Source: Elusimicrobiota bacterium (GTDB lineage: Bacteria; Elusimicrobiota; Elusimicrobia; UBA1565; UBA9628). From it: 64,000 nucleotides of DNA. Below the pieces are notes generated by a model, which was given only the letters and a program-made list of their open reading frames with translations, had not been told where the DNA came from and ran no database searches. Location: NCBI GenBank assembly GCA_016191335.1, contig JACPOW010000076.1, forward strand, positions 24-64,023. The letters are read 5' to 3'. Both the position numbers and the translations under genes were made by a program. Position 1 is the first letter of the stretch; the number at the start of each line of letters is the position of its first letter. Below are positions 51,501 to 59,904 of this stretch, in pieces.

Positions 51501-51958
51501 GAGTCCTCCAGGATGATGTCGAGGCCGTGGAGCAAGGTGACGGCCTCGGGCAGGGAAAAGCGGGCCTTCTTGATCTTGGTGCGGAACGCGTCGATCTCGT
51601 AGGAGAAGGAGCCGCGCAGGTCGGCGCCGCGCAGGCGGCAGTCGTCGAGCCTGAGGCGCGGGAGCTTCGCCCCCGCGAAGGTGCCCTGGTCGAGCAGGCA
51701 ATGGTCGAAGGCCAGGTAGTCGAGGGAGGACGCGCCCGCCCAGTTCGCTCCCCCCGCCCGGCAGGCCTTGAACGAGACGCCGCGCAGGCGCGAGCCGGTG
51801 AGCTTGGCCGCGGTGAGGTCGCAGCCCTCGAAGGAGCAGTCCTTGAACCGGCAGGCGTCGAACTCGAGATCCACGAGCTCGAGGCCCTTCGCGTCGAGCT
51901 CATCGAGCCCGGCGTCGCGGTGGACCGACCCGGCGTTCAGGCGCTCAAGCGCGAGCAT
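51497..51958 (-). CDS. Pentapeptide-repeat protein
   Basis: Runs of A(D/N)LxX-type pentads: LEFDACRFKDCSFEGCDLTAAKLTGSRLRGVSFKACRAGGANWAGASS.. 153 aa. Confidence 0.8.
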   Translation of the reverse strand: MLALERLNAGSVHRDAGLDELDAKGLELVDLEFDACRFKDCSFEGCDLTAAKLTGSRLRGVSFKACRAGGANWAGASSLDYLAFDHCLLDQGTFAGAKLPRLRLDDCRLRGADLRGSFSYEIDAFRTKIKKARFSLPEAVTLLHGLDIILEDS

Positions 51959-52574
51959 CGTTCCTGGCCATCCGTCCGAAATAGTCGAGCATCGCCTGGC
52001 CGACGGCCTTGCTCACGGCGTGCTCGTCGACGCTGCCTCCGGTCAGGCGGGCCATCGTGGTCATGACCTCGCTCTCGAGCCTGCAGGGGTGGATGAGCTG
52101 GAAAGGGGCCAAGGTGTTGTTCATGTTCAGCGCGAAGCCGTGATAGGCGACGCCGGCGCGCACCGCGACGCCGATCGAGGCCAGCTTCTTGCGGCCGACC
52201 CACAGCCCGGTGAAGCCCTTCACCGTCGTCGCCTTCACGCCGAAGGGCGCGATCGCCTCGATGAGCACCGCCTCCAGCGCGGCGAGGTACGAGCGCGGCT
52301 TGAGGCCCAGGCCGCGCAGATGGAAGATGGGGTACCCGACGAGCTGGCCCGGGCCGTGCCAGGTGAGGTCGCCGCCGCGCTCGATCTTGTGGACCGGATA
52401 GGGCAGGGCCTTCGGGACGGCCTGCTTCGACGAGCGCCCGATCGTGTACACGGGGTGGTGCTGGCACAGGAGCACGGTGTCGGGGATCTTCTCCTCGCCG
52501 CGCTCGAAGACGAGCTTGCGCTGGAGGGTCCAGACCTCCTCGTACTCCTTGAGCCCCAGGTCCCGGACGAGCAT
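51945..52574 (-). CDS. lipB: Lipoyl(octanoyl) transferase
   Basis: LCQHHPVYTIG, ERGGDLTWHGPGQLVGYP, KLASIGV, YHGFALN, HPC. Confidence 0.9.
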   Translation of the reverse strand: MLVRDLGLKEYEEVWTLQRKLVFERGEEKIPDTVLLCQHHPVYTIGRSSKQAVPKALPYPVHKIERGGDLTWHGPGQLVGYPIFHLRGLGLKPRSYLAALEAVLIEAIAPFGVKATTVKGFTGLWVGRKKLASIGVAVRAGVAYHGFALNMNNTLAPFQLIHPCRLESEVMTTMARLTGGSVDEHAVSKAVGQAMLDYFGRMARNDARA

Positions 52575-52577
52575 CCT

Positions 52578-53999
52578 CTAGAAGACCGGGGCTTCGCGCT
52601 TGACCTGCAGCATGTGCACGGGATGGCCGAGCGCGACCTCGCAGGCCTCCGCGAAGGTCTCGGTCAAAGTCGGGTGCGGGTGGATGGTCTGGGCGACCTG
52701 CTCGAGCGTGACGCCGACGGACACGGCGAGGCAGGCCTCGCCGATGAGGTCGGACGCGTTGGTCCCCACGAACCCGGCGCCGAGGATGCGGTGCGTCTTC
52801 CGGTCCGCGACGACCTTGCAGAAGCCGTCGGTCTCGCGCGAGGCCATCGCGCGGCCGGACGCGGCGAACGGGAACTTGCCGGTCACCGTCGTGTAGCCCG
52901 CGGCCTTGGCCTCCGGGTCCGTCATGCCGACCCAGGAGATCTCCGGGTCGGTGAACACGGCCCACGGCACCTGGCCGCGCGCCTCGAGCGGCTCGCCGGC
53001 GATGGACTGCGCGGCGAGTATGCCCTCGCGGCTGGCCTTGTGGGCGAGGTACGGCTGGCCGACCACGTCGCCGATCGCGTAGATGTTGCCCGCGGAGGAG
53101 AGCATCTCGGTGTCCACGACGACGTGGCCGCGCTTGTCCGTCTCGACGCCGATCTTCTCGAGGCCGAGGCCCTTCGAGCGCGGCGCGCGGCCGACCGCCA
53201 TCAGCACCTTGTCGCAGAGGATCTTCTTCTCCCCTTCCGGGGTCTCCGCGACGACCTCGAGGCGCTTGCCCTTCCGCGTCCACGACTTCGCCTTGGAGGA
53301 GAGCATGACCTCGACGCCGAGCTTGGTCAGGTTGCGGGAGACGGGAGAGACCAGGTCCTTCTCGATCACCGGCAGGAGGGAGTCCGTGAACTCCACGACC
53401 GTGACCTTCGTGCCGAGCTTGGCGAAGAAGGTGCCGATCTCGAGGCCGATGACGCCGCCGCCGACCACGACGAGCCCCTCGGGCGGGGTCTTGAGGTCGA
53501 GGGCCTCCTTGGAGCCGAGGATGTCCTTGCCGTCGATGACGAAGCCGGGGACCGACACGATCTCGGAGCCGGTCGCGATGATCGCGTGCTTGAACTCGAC
53601 CTCCTCGGCCGTGCCGTCGGCCTTGGTGACCACGGCGGTGTTGGCGGTCGTGAACACGGCCGAGCCCTGGATGTGCTCTCCTTTGTTCCCCTTCACCAGG
53701 ACGCCGATGTTCTTCACGAACCCGCCGATCATCTGGTCCTTCCACGCCACGACCTTGGTCCAGTCGAGCTGGTGCTTGGGGTCGTCGAAGCCGGCGTCCT
53801 TGGACTTCTTGGACTTGTGCGCGTGCCCCGCGGCGGCGATCAGCGCCTTCGACGGGATGCAGCCGTAGTTGAGGCACTCGCCGCCGAGCTTGTCGCGGTC
53901 CACGAGCAGGACCTTCCGGCCGAGCTGGCCCGCCTTGATGGCCGCCACGTAGCCGCCGGGGCCGCCGCCGATGATGAGCACGTCCGTCGAAATAGCCAT
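52578..53999 (-). CDS. lpdA: Dihydrolipoyl dehydrogenase (E3)
   Basis: VLIIGGGPGGYVAA, redox-active GGECLNYGCIPSK, second Rossmann VVVGGGVIGLE, C-terminal HPHPTLTE. Confidence 0.95.
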   Translation of the reverse strand: MAISTDVLIIGGGPGGYVAAIKAGQLGRKVLLVDRDKLGGECLNYGCIPSKALIAAAGHAHKSKKSKDAGFDDPKHQLDWTKVVAWKDQMIGGFVKNIGVLVKGNKGEHIQGSAVFTTANTAVVTKADGTAEEVEFKHAIIATGSEIVSVPGFVIDGKDILGSKEALDLKTPPEGLVVVGGGVIGLEIGTFFAKLGTKVTVVEFTDSLLPVIEKDLVSPVSRNLTKLGVEVMLSSKAKSWTRKGKRLEVVAETPEGEKKILCDKVLMAVGRAPRSKGLGLEKIGVETDKRGHVVVDTEMLSSAGNIYAIGDVVGQPYLAHKASREGILAAQSIAGEPLEARGQVPWAVFTDPEISWVGMTDPEAKAAGYTTVTGKFPFAASGRAMASRETDGFCKVVADRKTHRILGAGFVGTNASDLIGEACLAVSVGVTLEQVAQTIHPHPTLTETFAEACEVALGHPVHMLQVKREAPVF

Positions 54000-54009
54000 G
54001 GTCTACCTC

Positions 54010-55800
54010 TTAGAGAAGGGTCTGCGGGTTCTCGAGATGCTTGATGATCGTGTTCATGATGCTCGCGGCGTCGGCTCCGTCCACGATGCGGTGGTCGAAG
54101 GACAGCACCCGGTTCATGAGGTCGCGCGCGACGACCTTGCCGTCGCGCACGACCGGGCGCTTGCCGAGCTTCATCAGGCCGAGGATCGCGACCTCGGGGT
54201 GGTTCACGATCGGGGTGGCGAAGAGCCCGCCGATCGGTCCGATGTTGGTGATGGTGACGGTGCCGTCCTGCAGGTTGGCGACCTCGATCGTCTTGGCGCG
54301 CACCTTCTCGGCGAGGGTCGAGATCTCCGTCGCCAGGGCCCAGATGTCCTTGTCCTGGGCGGCTTTGATGTTGGGCACGACGAGGCCCTGCGGCGCGGCG
54401 ACGGCGATGCCGACGTTGTGACGGCGCTTGATGACGATCTCTCCGGCGGCTTCATCCAACGACGAGTTGAACATCGGGAACTCGGACAACGCCTTGGAGA
54501 GGGCGCGGACGATGAAGGGCAGGAAGGTGAGTTTTATCCCCTTCTTCGCGGCTTCCGGCTTGAGCTTCTCGCGCAAGGCGAGGACGGCGGTCATGTCGCA
54601 TTCGTCCACATGAGTCACATGCGCCACGGTGCGGCGCGACTGCTGCATCTTCTCCGCGATCTTTCGGCGGATGCCGGAGAAGGGGACAGTCGTGTCGCCG
54701 TTCTGGCGCGCGATCGACACCGGCGCGTAGCCGGACCCGGTCGAGGTCGTGGATGCGATCGCGGGTTCTTGTCGTGTCGTTGCCGTCGCCGTAGGCGCCG
54801 CAGGCGCCAAAGGGGCTTTTGCTCGAACATCGGTCTCCGAGATGCGTCCTCCCGGGCCCGTTCCCGTGACCCTCGACAGATCCACGCCGAGGTCCGTCGC
54901 GAGCTTCTTGACGGCGGGCGTCGCGTTCGCCTTGGAGTTGTCGTATGAACCGCCGCGCGACGGCGTCGCGGCGGCGGGGGCGCCGGCCTTGAACCCGGAG
55001 AGGTCGCTCGCGAGCACCCGTCCCTCGGGACCGGATCCCTGCACCTGGCCGATGTCGATGCCCTGATCCTTCGCCATCTTGCGCACCATCGGAGTGGCGA
55101 GGACCTCGGAGGCGGGCTTGGACGGCCGCGGCGCCGCTGGCGCGGCGGCGGCCTTAGGGGAATCGGCCGTAACGGATTGAGTGCTCGTTACGACGGACCC
55201 TTTGACGCCCCCATACGTGACCAAGGGAGAATGCACCTTTACCTTTTCGCCCGGCTTGGCGTGGAGCTTCGTGATCGTGCCCGTTTTCGGCGAAGGGATC
55301 TCGACCTCCGCTTTATCCGTCAATACCGCGGCGATCGGCTGGTTCTCTTCGACGTTCGCCCCCTCTTTCACGAACCACTTCACCAGTTCGCCTTCGACGA
55401 GCCCCTCCCCGATGTCGGGCAGGTTGAACACGAAGACCCCCGCGCCGGACGCGGGAGCGGGGCGCTCGACGACCGCGGTCGCCGAAGCTTGCGGCGCCTT
55501 CGGCGCCGCGACGGAATTCTTGACGGCGACTTTCTCCTTCGCCGGCTCGGCGGCTCCGCCGCCGGAAATCTCGATTGTCGCCAAGGGCGTGTGCACCTTG
55601 ATCTTCTCGCCGGGCTTCCCGTGCAGCGCCACGATCTTCCCCGCCTTGGGGCTCGGGATCTCGACTTCCGCCTTATCCGTCAACACCGCGGCGATGGGTT
55701 GGTGCTCCGAGACCGTCTCGCCCACCTTGACGAACCATTTGACGATTTCACCTTCAACGAGTCCCTCACCGATGTCCGGCAGATTGAATTCGAAGTTCAT
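54010..55800 (-). CDS. Dihydrolipoamide acyltransferase (E2) with two lipoyl and two E3-binding domains
   Basis: Two near-identical lipoyl domains (..AAVLTDKAEVEIPSP.. occurs twice). Two PSBD-like segments (ATPMVRKMAKDQGIDIGQVQGSGPEGRV and ATPAVKKLATDLGVDLSRVTGTGPGGRI). Catalytic domain with SFDHRIVDG. Confidence 0.95.
   Translation of the reverse strand: MNFEFNLPDIGEGLVEGEIVKWFVKVGETVSEHQPIAAVLTDKAEVEIPSPKAGKIVALHGKPGEKIKVHTPLATIEISGGGAAEPAKEKVAVKNSVAAPKAPQASATAVVERPAPASGAGVFVFNLPDIGEGLVEGELVKWFVKEGANVEENQPIAAVLTDKAEVEIPSPKTGTITKLHAKPGEKVKVHSPLVTYGGVKGSVVTSTQSVTADSPKAAAAPAAPRPSKPASEVLATPMVRKMAKDQGIDIGQVQGSGPEGRVLASDLSGFKAGAPAAATPSRGGSYDNSKANATPAVKKLATDLGVDLSRVTGTGPGGRISETDVRAKAPLAPAAPTATATTRQEPAIASTTSTGSGYAPVSIARQNGDTTVPFSGIRRKIAEKMQQSRRTVAHVTHVDECDMTAVLALREKLKPEAAKKGIKLTFLPFIVRALSKALSEFPMFNSSLDEAAGEIVIKRRHNVGIAVAAPQGLVVPNIKAAQDKDIWALATEISTLAEKVRAKTIEVANLQDGTVTITNIGPIGGLFATPIVNHPEVAILGLMKLGKRPVVRDGKVVARDLMNRVLSFDHRIVDGADAASIMNTIIKHLENPQTLL
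55210..55800 (-). repeat. Intragenic tandem duplication encoding the two lipoyl domains (units about 55567..55800 and 55210..55437)
   Basis: aa 5-70 and 125-190 are largely identical (FNLPDIGEGLVEGE[IL]VKWFVK.G..V.E.QPIAAVLTDKAEVEIPSPK.G.I..LH.KPGEK.KVH). Confidence 0.85.
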
Positions 55801-55819
55801 GTTCTCTCTCGTTTACAAA

Positions 55820-55906
55820 GGTGCCAGGCCTACCGATGTTTGCGTTAGTGCCAGGCTTACCGCTATTCCCCGCCGGTATAATGCAAACATCGGTAGGCCT
55901 GGCACC
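55820..55906. repeat. Perfect 24-bp-arm inverted repeat with 39-nt spacer in the E1beta-E2 intergenic region
   Basis: GGTGCCAGGCCTACCGATGTTTGC (55820..55843) is the exact reverse complement of GCAAACATCGGTAGGCCTGGCACC (55883..55906). The spacer holds a third partial direct copy, GTGCCAGGCTTACCG (55848..55862). Confidence 0.9.
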
Positions 55907-55909
55907 ATA

Positions 55910-56917
55910 TTAGAAGCTTAACGTCTTTCTCGCGGCCATGACGACCCGGTCCGCGTCGGGGATGTAGTACTGCTCGAGACGGAAAAGGGGCATGCGGATG
56001 TCCCAGCCGCCGACGCGGGCGACGGGGGCCAGGAGGCGCAGCAGGCCGCGCTCGGCGATGAGGGCGGACAGCTCGGCGGCCCAGGAGCCGGTGTTCGGGG
56101 CCTCGTGGGCGATGACGCAGCGGCCGGTCTTGCCGACGGAGGCGAGCACCGCGTCGAGGTCGAGCGGGGCGAGGGTGCGCAGGTCGAGGATCTCGACGGA
56201 GGCCCCGTCATCCTGCTCCAGGCGCTCGGCCGCCTTCTCGCAGGTGACGGTCATGGCACCCCAGGTCAGCAAGGTGATGTCCTTCCCCTCTTTGACGAGG
56301 CGCGCCTTGCCGATCTCCACGGTGTAATGCCCCGACGGGACCTCGCCCTTGGCCGAGCGGTAGAGGAGCTTGGGCTCGAAGAACACGACGGGGTCGGGGT
56401 CCTCGATGGCGGCGATGAGGAGGCCTTTCGCGTCGTAGGGAGTCGACGGGATGACGACCTTGATGCCCGGCGTGTGGCAGAAATAGGCCTCGGGGCTCTC
56501 CGAGTGATGCTCGGGGGCGTGGATCAGGCCGCCGTGCGGGGCGCGCAGGACGAGGGGCACGGACATCTTGCCGCGCGAGCGGGAGCGGATGCGGCCGAGG
56601 TGGCAGACCACCTGGTCGAAGATGGAGGGCATGAAGCCGTCGAACTGGATCTCCGCGACGGGCCGCATGCCCGTGATGGCGAGGCCGATGGCCGAGCCCA
56701 TGATGCCGATCTCGGCGAGCGGGGTGTCCACGACGCGGTCGTCGCCGTACTTCTTCCACAGGCCCTCGGTGGCGCGGAACACGCCGCCGTTGCGGCCGAC
56801 ATCCTCGCCGAGGATCATGACGCGTTCGTCCTGGCCCATGGCGACGTCGAGCGCCTCGTTGACGGCCTGCACGAGGTTCAAGGTGCGGACGGCGGCGGGC
56901 TTCGGGGCGGTCTTCAC
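55910..56917 (-). CDS. 2-oxoacid dehydrogenase E1 component, beta subunit
   Basis: ..ILGEDVGRNGGVFRATEGL.., ..DTPLAEIGIMGSAIG.., transketolase-like C-terminal domain. 335 aa. Confidence 0.95.
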   Translation of the reverse strand: MKTAPKPAAVRTLNLVQAVNEALDVAMGQDERVMILGEDVGRNGGVFRATEGLWKKYGDDRVVDTPLAEIGIMGSAIGLAITGMRPVAEIQFDGFMPSIFDQVVCHLGRIRSRSRGKMSVPLVLRAPHGGLIHAPEHHSESPEAYFCHTPGIKVVIPSTPYDAKGLLIAAIEDPDPVVFFEPKLLYRSAKGEVPSGHYTVEIGKARLVKEGKDITLLTWGAMTVTCEKAAERLEQDDGASVEILDLRTLAPLDLDAVLASVGKTGRCVIAHEAPNTGSWAAELSALIAERGLLRLLAPVARVGGWDIRMPLFRLEQYYIPDADRVVMAARKTLSF

Positions 56918-58041
56918 GGGAACCTCCCTTCCGTCGGAGGAAGCGACATGAGGATCTTCGCCCCGCCCTTGAACTTGAGCAGCTCCTCGAGCTCGGCGCG
57001 CTGCTCGATCAGGGCCCGCGGCGCCTTGTCGTAGTTGTCCGCGAACATGTTCAGCGGGTTCGGCGCCGGGAATTCTTCATACGCTTTGACTTCCCCGTCG
57101 ATCCAACTCTGAGTCTTCGCGGCCAATTCTTTTTCTTTCTTCTCGTCCCACAGCTTCTTCGCCGTCAGGAACTTCTTGAAGCGCGAGATCGGGTCCTTCC
57201 TGCGCCAGGCCTCGACGTCCTTGCTGTCACGGTAGCGCGTCGCGTCGTCGGCCGTCGTGTGGTGGCCCATGCGATAGGTCTCGCACTCGATGAGCGTGGC
57301 GCCCTCGCCCTTGCGGGCCCGCGCCACGGCCTCGGCCGTCGCCGCGTACACCGCCAGCGCGTCGTTGCCGTCCACCTGGACGCCGTGGACGCCGTAGCCC
57401 CACGCCTTCTGCGCCAAGGTCTGCGAGGCGGCCTGGCGCTTGCGCGGGACCGAGATCGCCCAGCCGTTGTTCTCGATGATGTAGATCGCGGGCAGCTTGA
57501 ACTGGCCGGCGAAGGTCAGAGCCTCGTGCAGGTCGCCCTTGGACGAGGTGCCGTCGCCGCAGTAGGTCATCGCCACGCCGCCCTGGCCCTTGAGCTTCTG
57601 GCCCCAGGCGAGGCCCGCGACCTGGGTCAGGTGCGTGCCGACGGGGATGGAGAAGATCATGTCGTTGTTGCCTTCGGGGAAATGCGTGCCGCGGTCGTCG
57701 CCGGCCCAGTACAGCAGGCCGTAGCGCATCTGCATGCCGCGCGCGAAGTACACCCCGCCGCCGCGGTAGGTCGGGACGACCCAGTCGGAGGGCTTCAGCG
57801 CGAGCGGAGGCACGCACTGGGTCGCCTCCTGGCCGGTGATCATCGGATAGGTGCCCAGGCGCCCCGAGCGCTGGAGGAGGATGGCGCGCTCGTCGAAGGC
57901 GCGTATCTGGAACATCAATCGGTACATCTCGAGCAGCAGTTTGTCGGAGACCTTCGGCATCAAGGATTTGTCGAAGGTCCCGTCGATCGCGAGGATCTCG
58001 AGGCGCTTGATGTCGAGCGAAGCGATCGTCTTAAGGGGCAT
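56914..58041 (-). CDS. 2-oxoacid dehydrogenase E1 component, alpha subunit (ThDP-dependent)
   Basis: ..YCGDGTSSKGDLHEALTFA.. and IYIIENNGWAIS (ThDP-binding GDG..NN motif). 375 aa. Overlaps the E1beta start by 4 nt. Confidence 0.95.
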   Translation of the reverse strand: MPLKTIASLDIKRLEILAIDGTFDKSLMPKVSDKLLLEMYRLMFQIRAFDERAILLQRSGRLGTYPMITGQEATQCVPPLALKPSDWVVPTYRGGGVYFARGMQMRYGLLYWAGDDRGTHFPEGNNDMIFSIPVGTHLTQVAGLAWGQKLKGQGGVAMTYCGDGTSSKGDLHEALTFAGQFKLPAIYIIENNGWAISVPRKRQAASQTLAQKAWGYGVHGVQVDGNDALAVYAATAEAVARARKGEGATLIECETYRMGHHTTADDATRYRDSKDVEAWRRKDPISRFKKFLTAKKLWDEKKEKELAAKTQSWIDGEVKAYEEFPAPNPLNMFADNYDKAPRALIEQRAELEELLKFKGGAKILMSLPPTEGRFP

Positions 58042-58927
58042 GGTTCTCCAGGTGTCCCTTCATGAACAGCTCGGCGGCGCGGTACGAGGACCGGACGAAC
58101 GGGCCAGAGGCTACGTAGAGGAAGCCGTGCCTCTTCGCGATCTCGCCAAATCTTTTGAAATCGTCGGGATGAATGAATTTGTCGACCATCAGATGATGAC
58201 GCGACCCCGAGGGCCTTAGATACTGACCGAGCGTCAATATGTCGACCCCCACGGCGCGGATGTCGTTGAACGCCTGGATGAGTTCCCCTTCCGTTTCTCC
58301 CAATCCGAGCATCAAAGATGTCTTGGTCGGGGCCTTCGGCCGGTATTTCTTGGCATGGGCCAGGACGTCCAAGGATTGCCGGTAGCCCGCCTTCGCGTCG
58401 CGAACGGACGACGTCAATCTTTCCACGCATTCGACGTTGTGGGCCACCACATCCGGGCCGGCGTCGAGGACCGTCTCGAGAAGCGCCTTATCGGCGCGGA
58501 AATCCTGGAGAAGCATCTCGAGCTTCATCCCAGGATTGATCTTCTTTATCTCGCGTATGCAAGCCGCCAGATGCCCCGCGCCCTGATCGGGCAGGTCGTC
58601 GCGGCAGACGGTGGTCAGCACGACGTAATCGACCGCCATCTCCTTGAGCGTCTGGGCGAGCTTCGCGGGCTCCTCGGCGTCGGGCGCCGGCGGCTTCAAG
58701 GCCGTTCCCACGGAGCAGAACCGGCACCCGCGCGTGCACGTGTCCCCCATCACCATGAAGGTGGCCGTCCCCCCGCCCCAGCACTCGCCCAGGTTGGGAC
58801 AGCGGGCTTCCTCGCAGACGGTGGAGAGGCCGCGCGAGCGGGAGGCGTCCTTCAGGCGCGCGACGACCGGCCCGGTGGGCAGCTTGACCTTCAGCCAGGG
58901 AGGGAGGCGCTCCGCGGCCCGGGGCAT
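58031..58927 (-). CDS. lipA: Lipoyl synthase
   Basis: Start trimmed to MPRAAERLPPWLKVKLP. CEEARCPNLGECW plus the radical SAM motif CTRGCRFCSV, and ..SGPFVRSSY. Confidence 0.95.
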   Translation of the reverse strand: MPRAAERLPPWLKVKLPTGPVVARLKDASRSRGLSTVCEEARCPNLGECWGGGTATFMVMGDTCTRGCRFCSVGTALKPPAPDAEEPAKLAQTLKEMAVDYVVLTTVCRDDLPDQGAGHLAACIREIKKINPGMKLEMLLQDFRADKALLETVLDAGPDVVAHNVECVERLTSSVRDAKAGYRQSLDVLAHAKKYRPKAPTKTSLMLGLGETEGELIQAFNDIRAVGVDILTLGQYLRPSGSRHHLMVDKFIHPDDFKRFGEIAKRHGFLYVASGPFVRSSYRAAELFMKGHLENHAP

Positions 58928-58929
58928 GC

Positions 58930-59865
58930 TCAGTGCGTGCCCTTGTCCGCCAGCCAACGCTCGGCCTCGAGGGCGGCCTTGCAGCCGTTGCCGGCGGCGG
59001 TGATCGCCTGGCGGTAGCGGTGGTCCATGACGTCGCCGGCGGCGAACACGCCCGACACCGAGGTGCGGGTGCGGTCGTCGGTCACGATGTAGCCGTTCTC
59101 GTCCTGCTTGAGCTGGCCGCCGAGGAAGCCGGTGGTCGGCTCGTGGCCGATGGCCATGAACACGCCGCCGGTCTTGAGCTCGGTGACCGCGCTCGTCTTC
59201 AGGTTCTTGAGCTTGACGCCCTCGACGTGCCCGTTGCCGAGGATCTCGTCGATCGTGGAGTCCACGACGAAGGTGATCTTGGGGTTCTTCCTCGCGCGGT
59301 CGAGCATGATCTTCGAGGCGCGGAAGGTGTCGCGGCGATGGACCAAGGTGACCTTCGAGGCGAACTTGGTGAGGAAGCTGGCCTCCTCCATGGCGGTGTC
59401 GCCGCCGCCGACGACCACGACCTCCTTGTTCTTGAAGAAGAAGCCGTCGCAGGTCGCGCAGGCGGAGACGCCGTGGCCCATCAGGCGCTTCTCGCTCTCG
59501 ATGCCGAGCCACTTCGCGTTGGCGCCGGTGGCGATGATCAGGGCCTGGGCCGAGGCGGCGGTGCCCTCCGAGGTCTCCACGTAGAAGGGGCTTTCGTTCT
59601 TCAGGTCGACCTTGGTCACGTACTCGTTGACGATCTTCACGCCCAGGCGCTGCACCTGCTTCTGCATGCGCTCCATGAGCTCCGGGCCGGCGATGGGTTC
59701 GGGGAAGCCGGGGAAGTTCTCGACGTCCGAGGTGATCATGAGCTGGCCGCCCATGGAGACGCCTCCGAAGACGAGGGGGTCCATGTTCGCGCGCGCCGAG
59801 TAGATGGCGGCGGTGTACGCGGCCGAGCCGGAGCCGATGATGACGATCTTCTTGGATTCTGCCAT
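58930..59865 (-). CDS. trxB: Thioredoxin-disulfide reductase
   Basis: Start trimmed to MAESKKIVIIGSGSAAYTAA. Redox CATCDG, VVVGGGDTAMEEA, GVFAAGDV. Confidence 0.95.
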   Translation of the reverse strand: MAESKKIVIIGSGSAAYTAAIYSARANMDPLVFGGVSMGGQLMITSDVENFPGFPEPIAGPELMERMQKQVQRLGVKIVNEYVTKVDLKNESPFYVETSEGTAASAQALIIATGANAKWLGIESEKRLMGHGVSACATCDGFFFKNKEVVVVGGGDTAMEEASFLTKFASKVTLVHRRDTFRASKIMLDRARKNPKITFVVDSTIDEILGNGHVEGVKLKNLKTSAVTELKTGGVFMAIGHEPTTGFLGGQLKQDENGYIVTDDRTRTSVSGVFAAGDVMDHRYRQAITAAGNGCKAALEAERWLADKGTH

Positions 59866-59871
59866 GGGGCG

Positions 59872-59880
59872 ATTATAACA
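59872..59880 (-). promoter_or_regulatory. Extended -10 box TGTTATAAT, 6 nt upstream of the trxB ATG (leaderless-type)
   Basis: The reverse strand reads TGT TATAAT CGCCCC ATG, with no Shine-Dalgarno sequence. Confidence 0.5.
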
Positions 59881-59904
59881 TTTCACCCCCCCCGCACCCG
59901 TCCG

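Noticed and set aside
47752-54044. Very long plus-strand ORFs (47752..50319, 855 aa; 51768..54044, 758 aa) antisense to the MFS/PLD/lipB/lpdA genes
   Set aside because: Antisense GC3 shadows with Arg/Gly/Glu/Asp-rich composition. The opposite strand carries clear MFS, HKD, LipB and Lpd motifs.
55875-55882. Plus-strand GGTATAAT in the spacer of the E1beta-E2 inverted repeat as a promoter
   Set aside because: There is no plus-strand gene downstream, since the region is flanked by minus-strand genes. It is more likely a fortuitous part of the A+T-richer repeat element.
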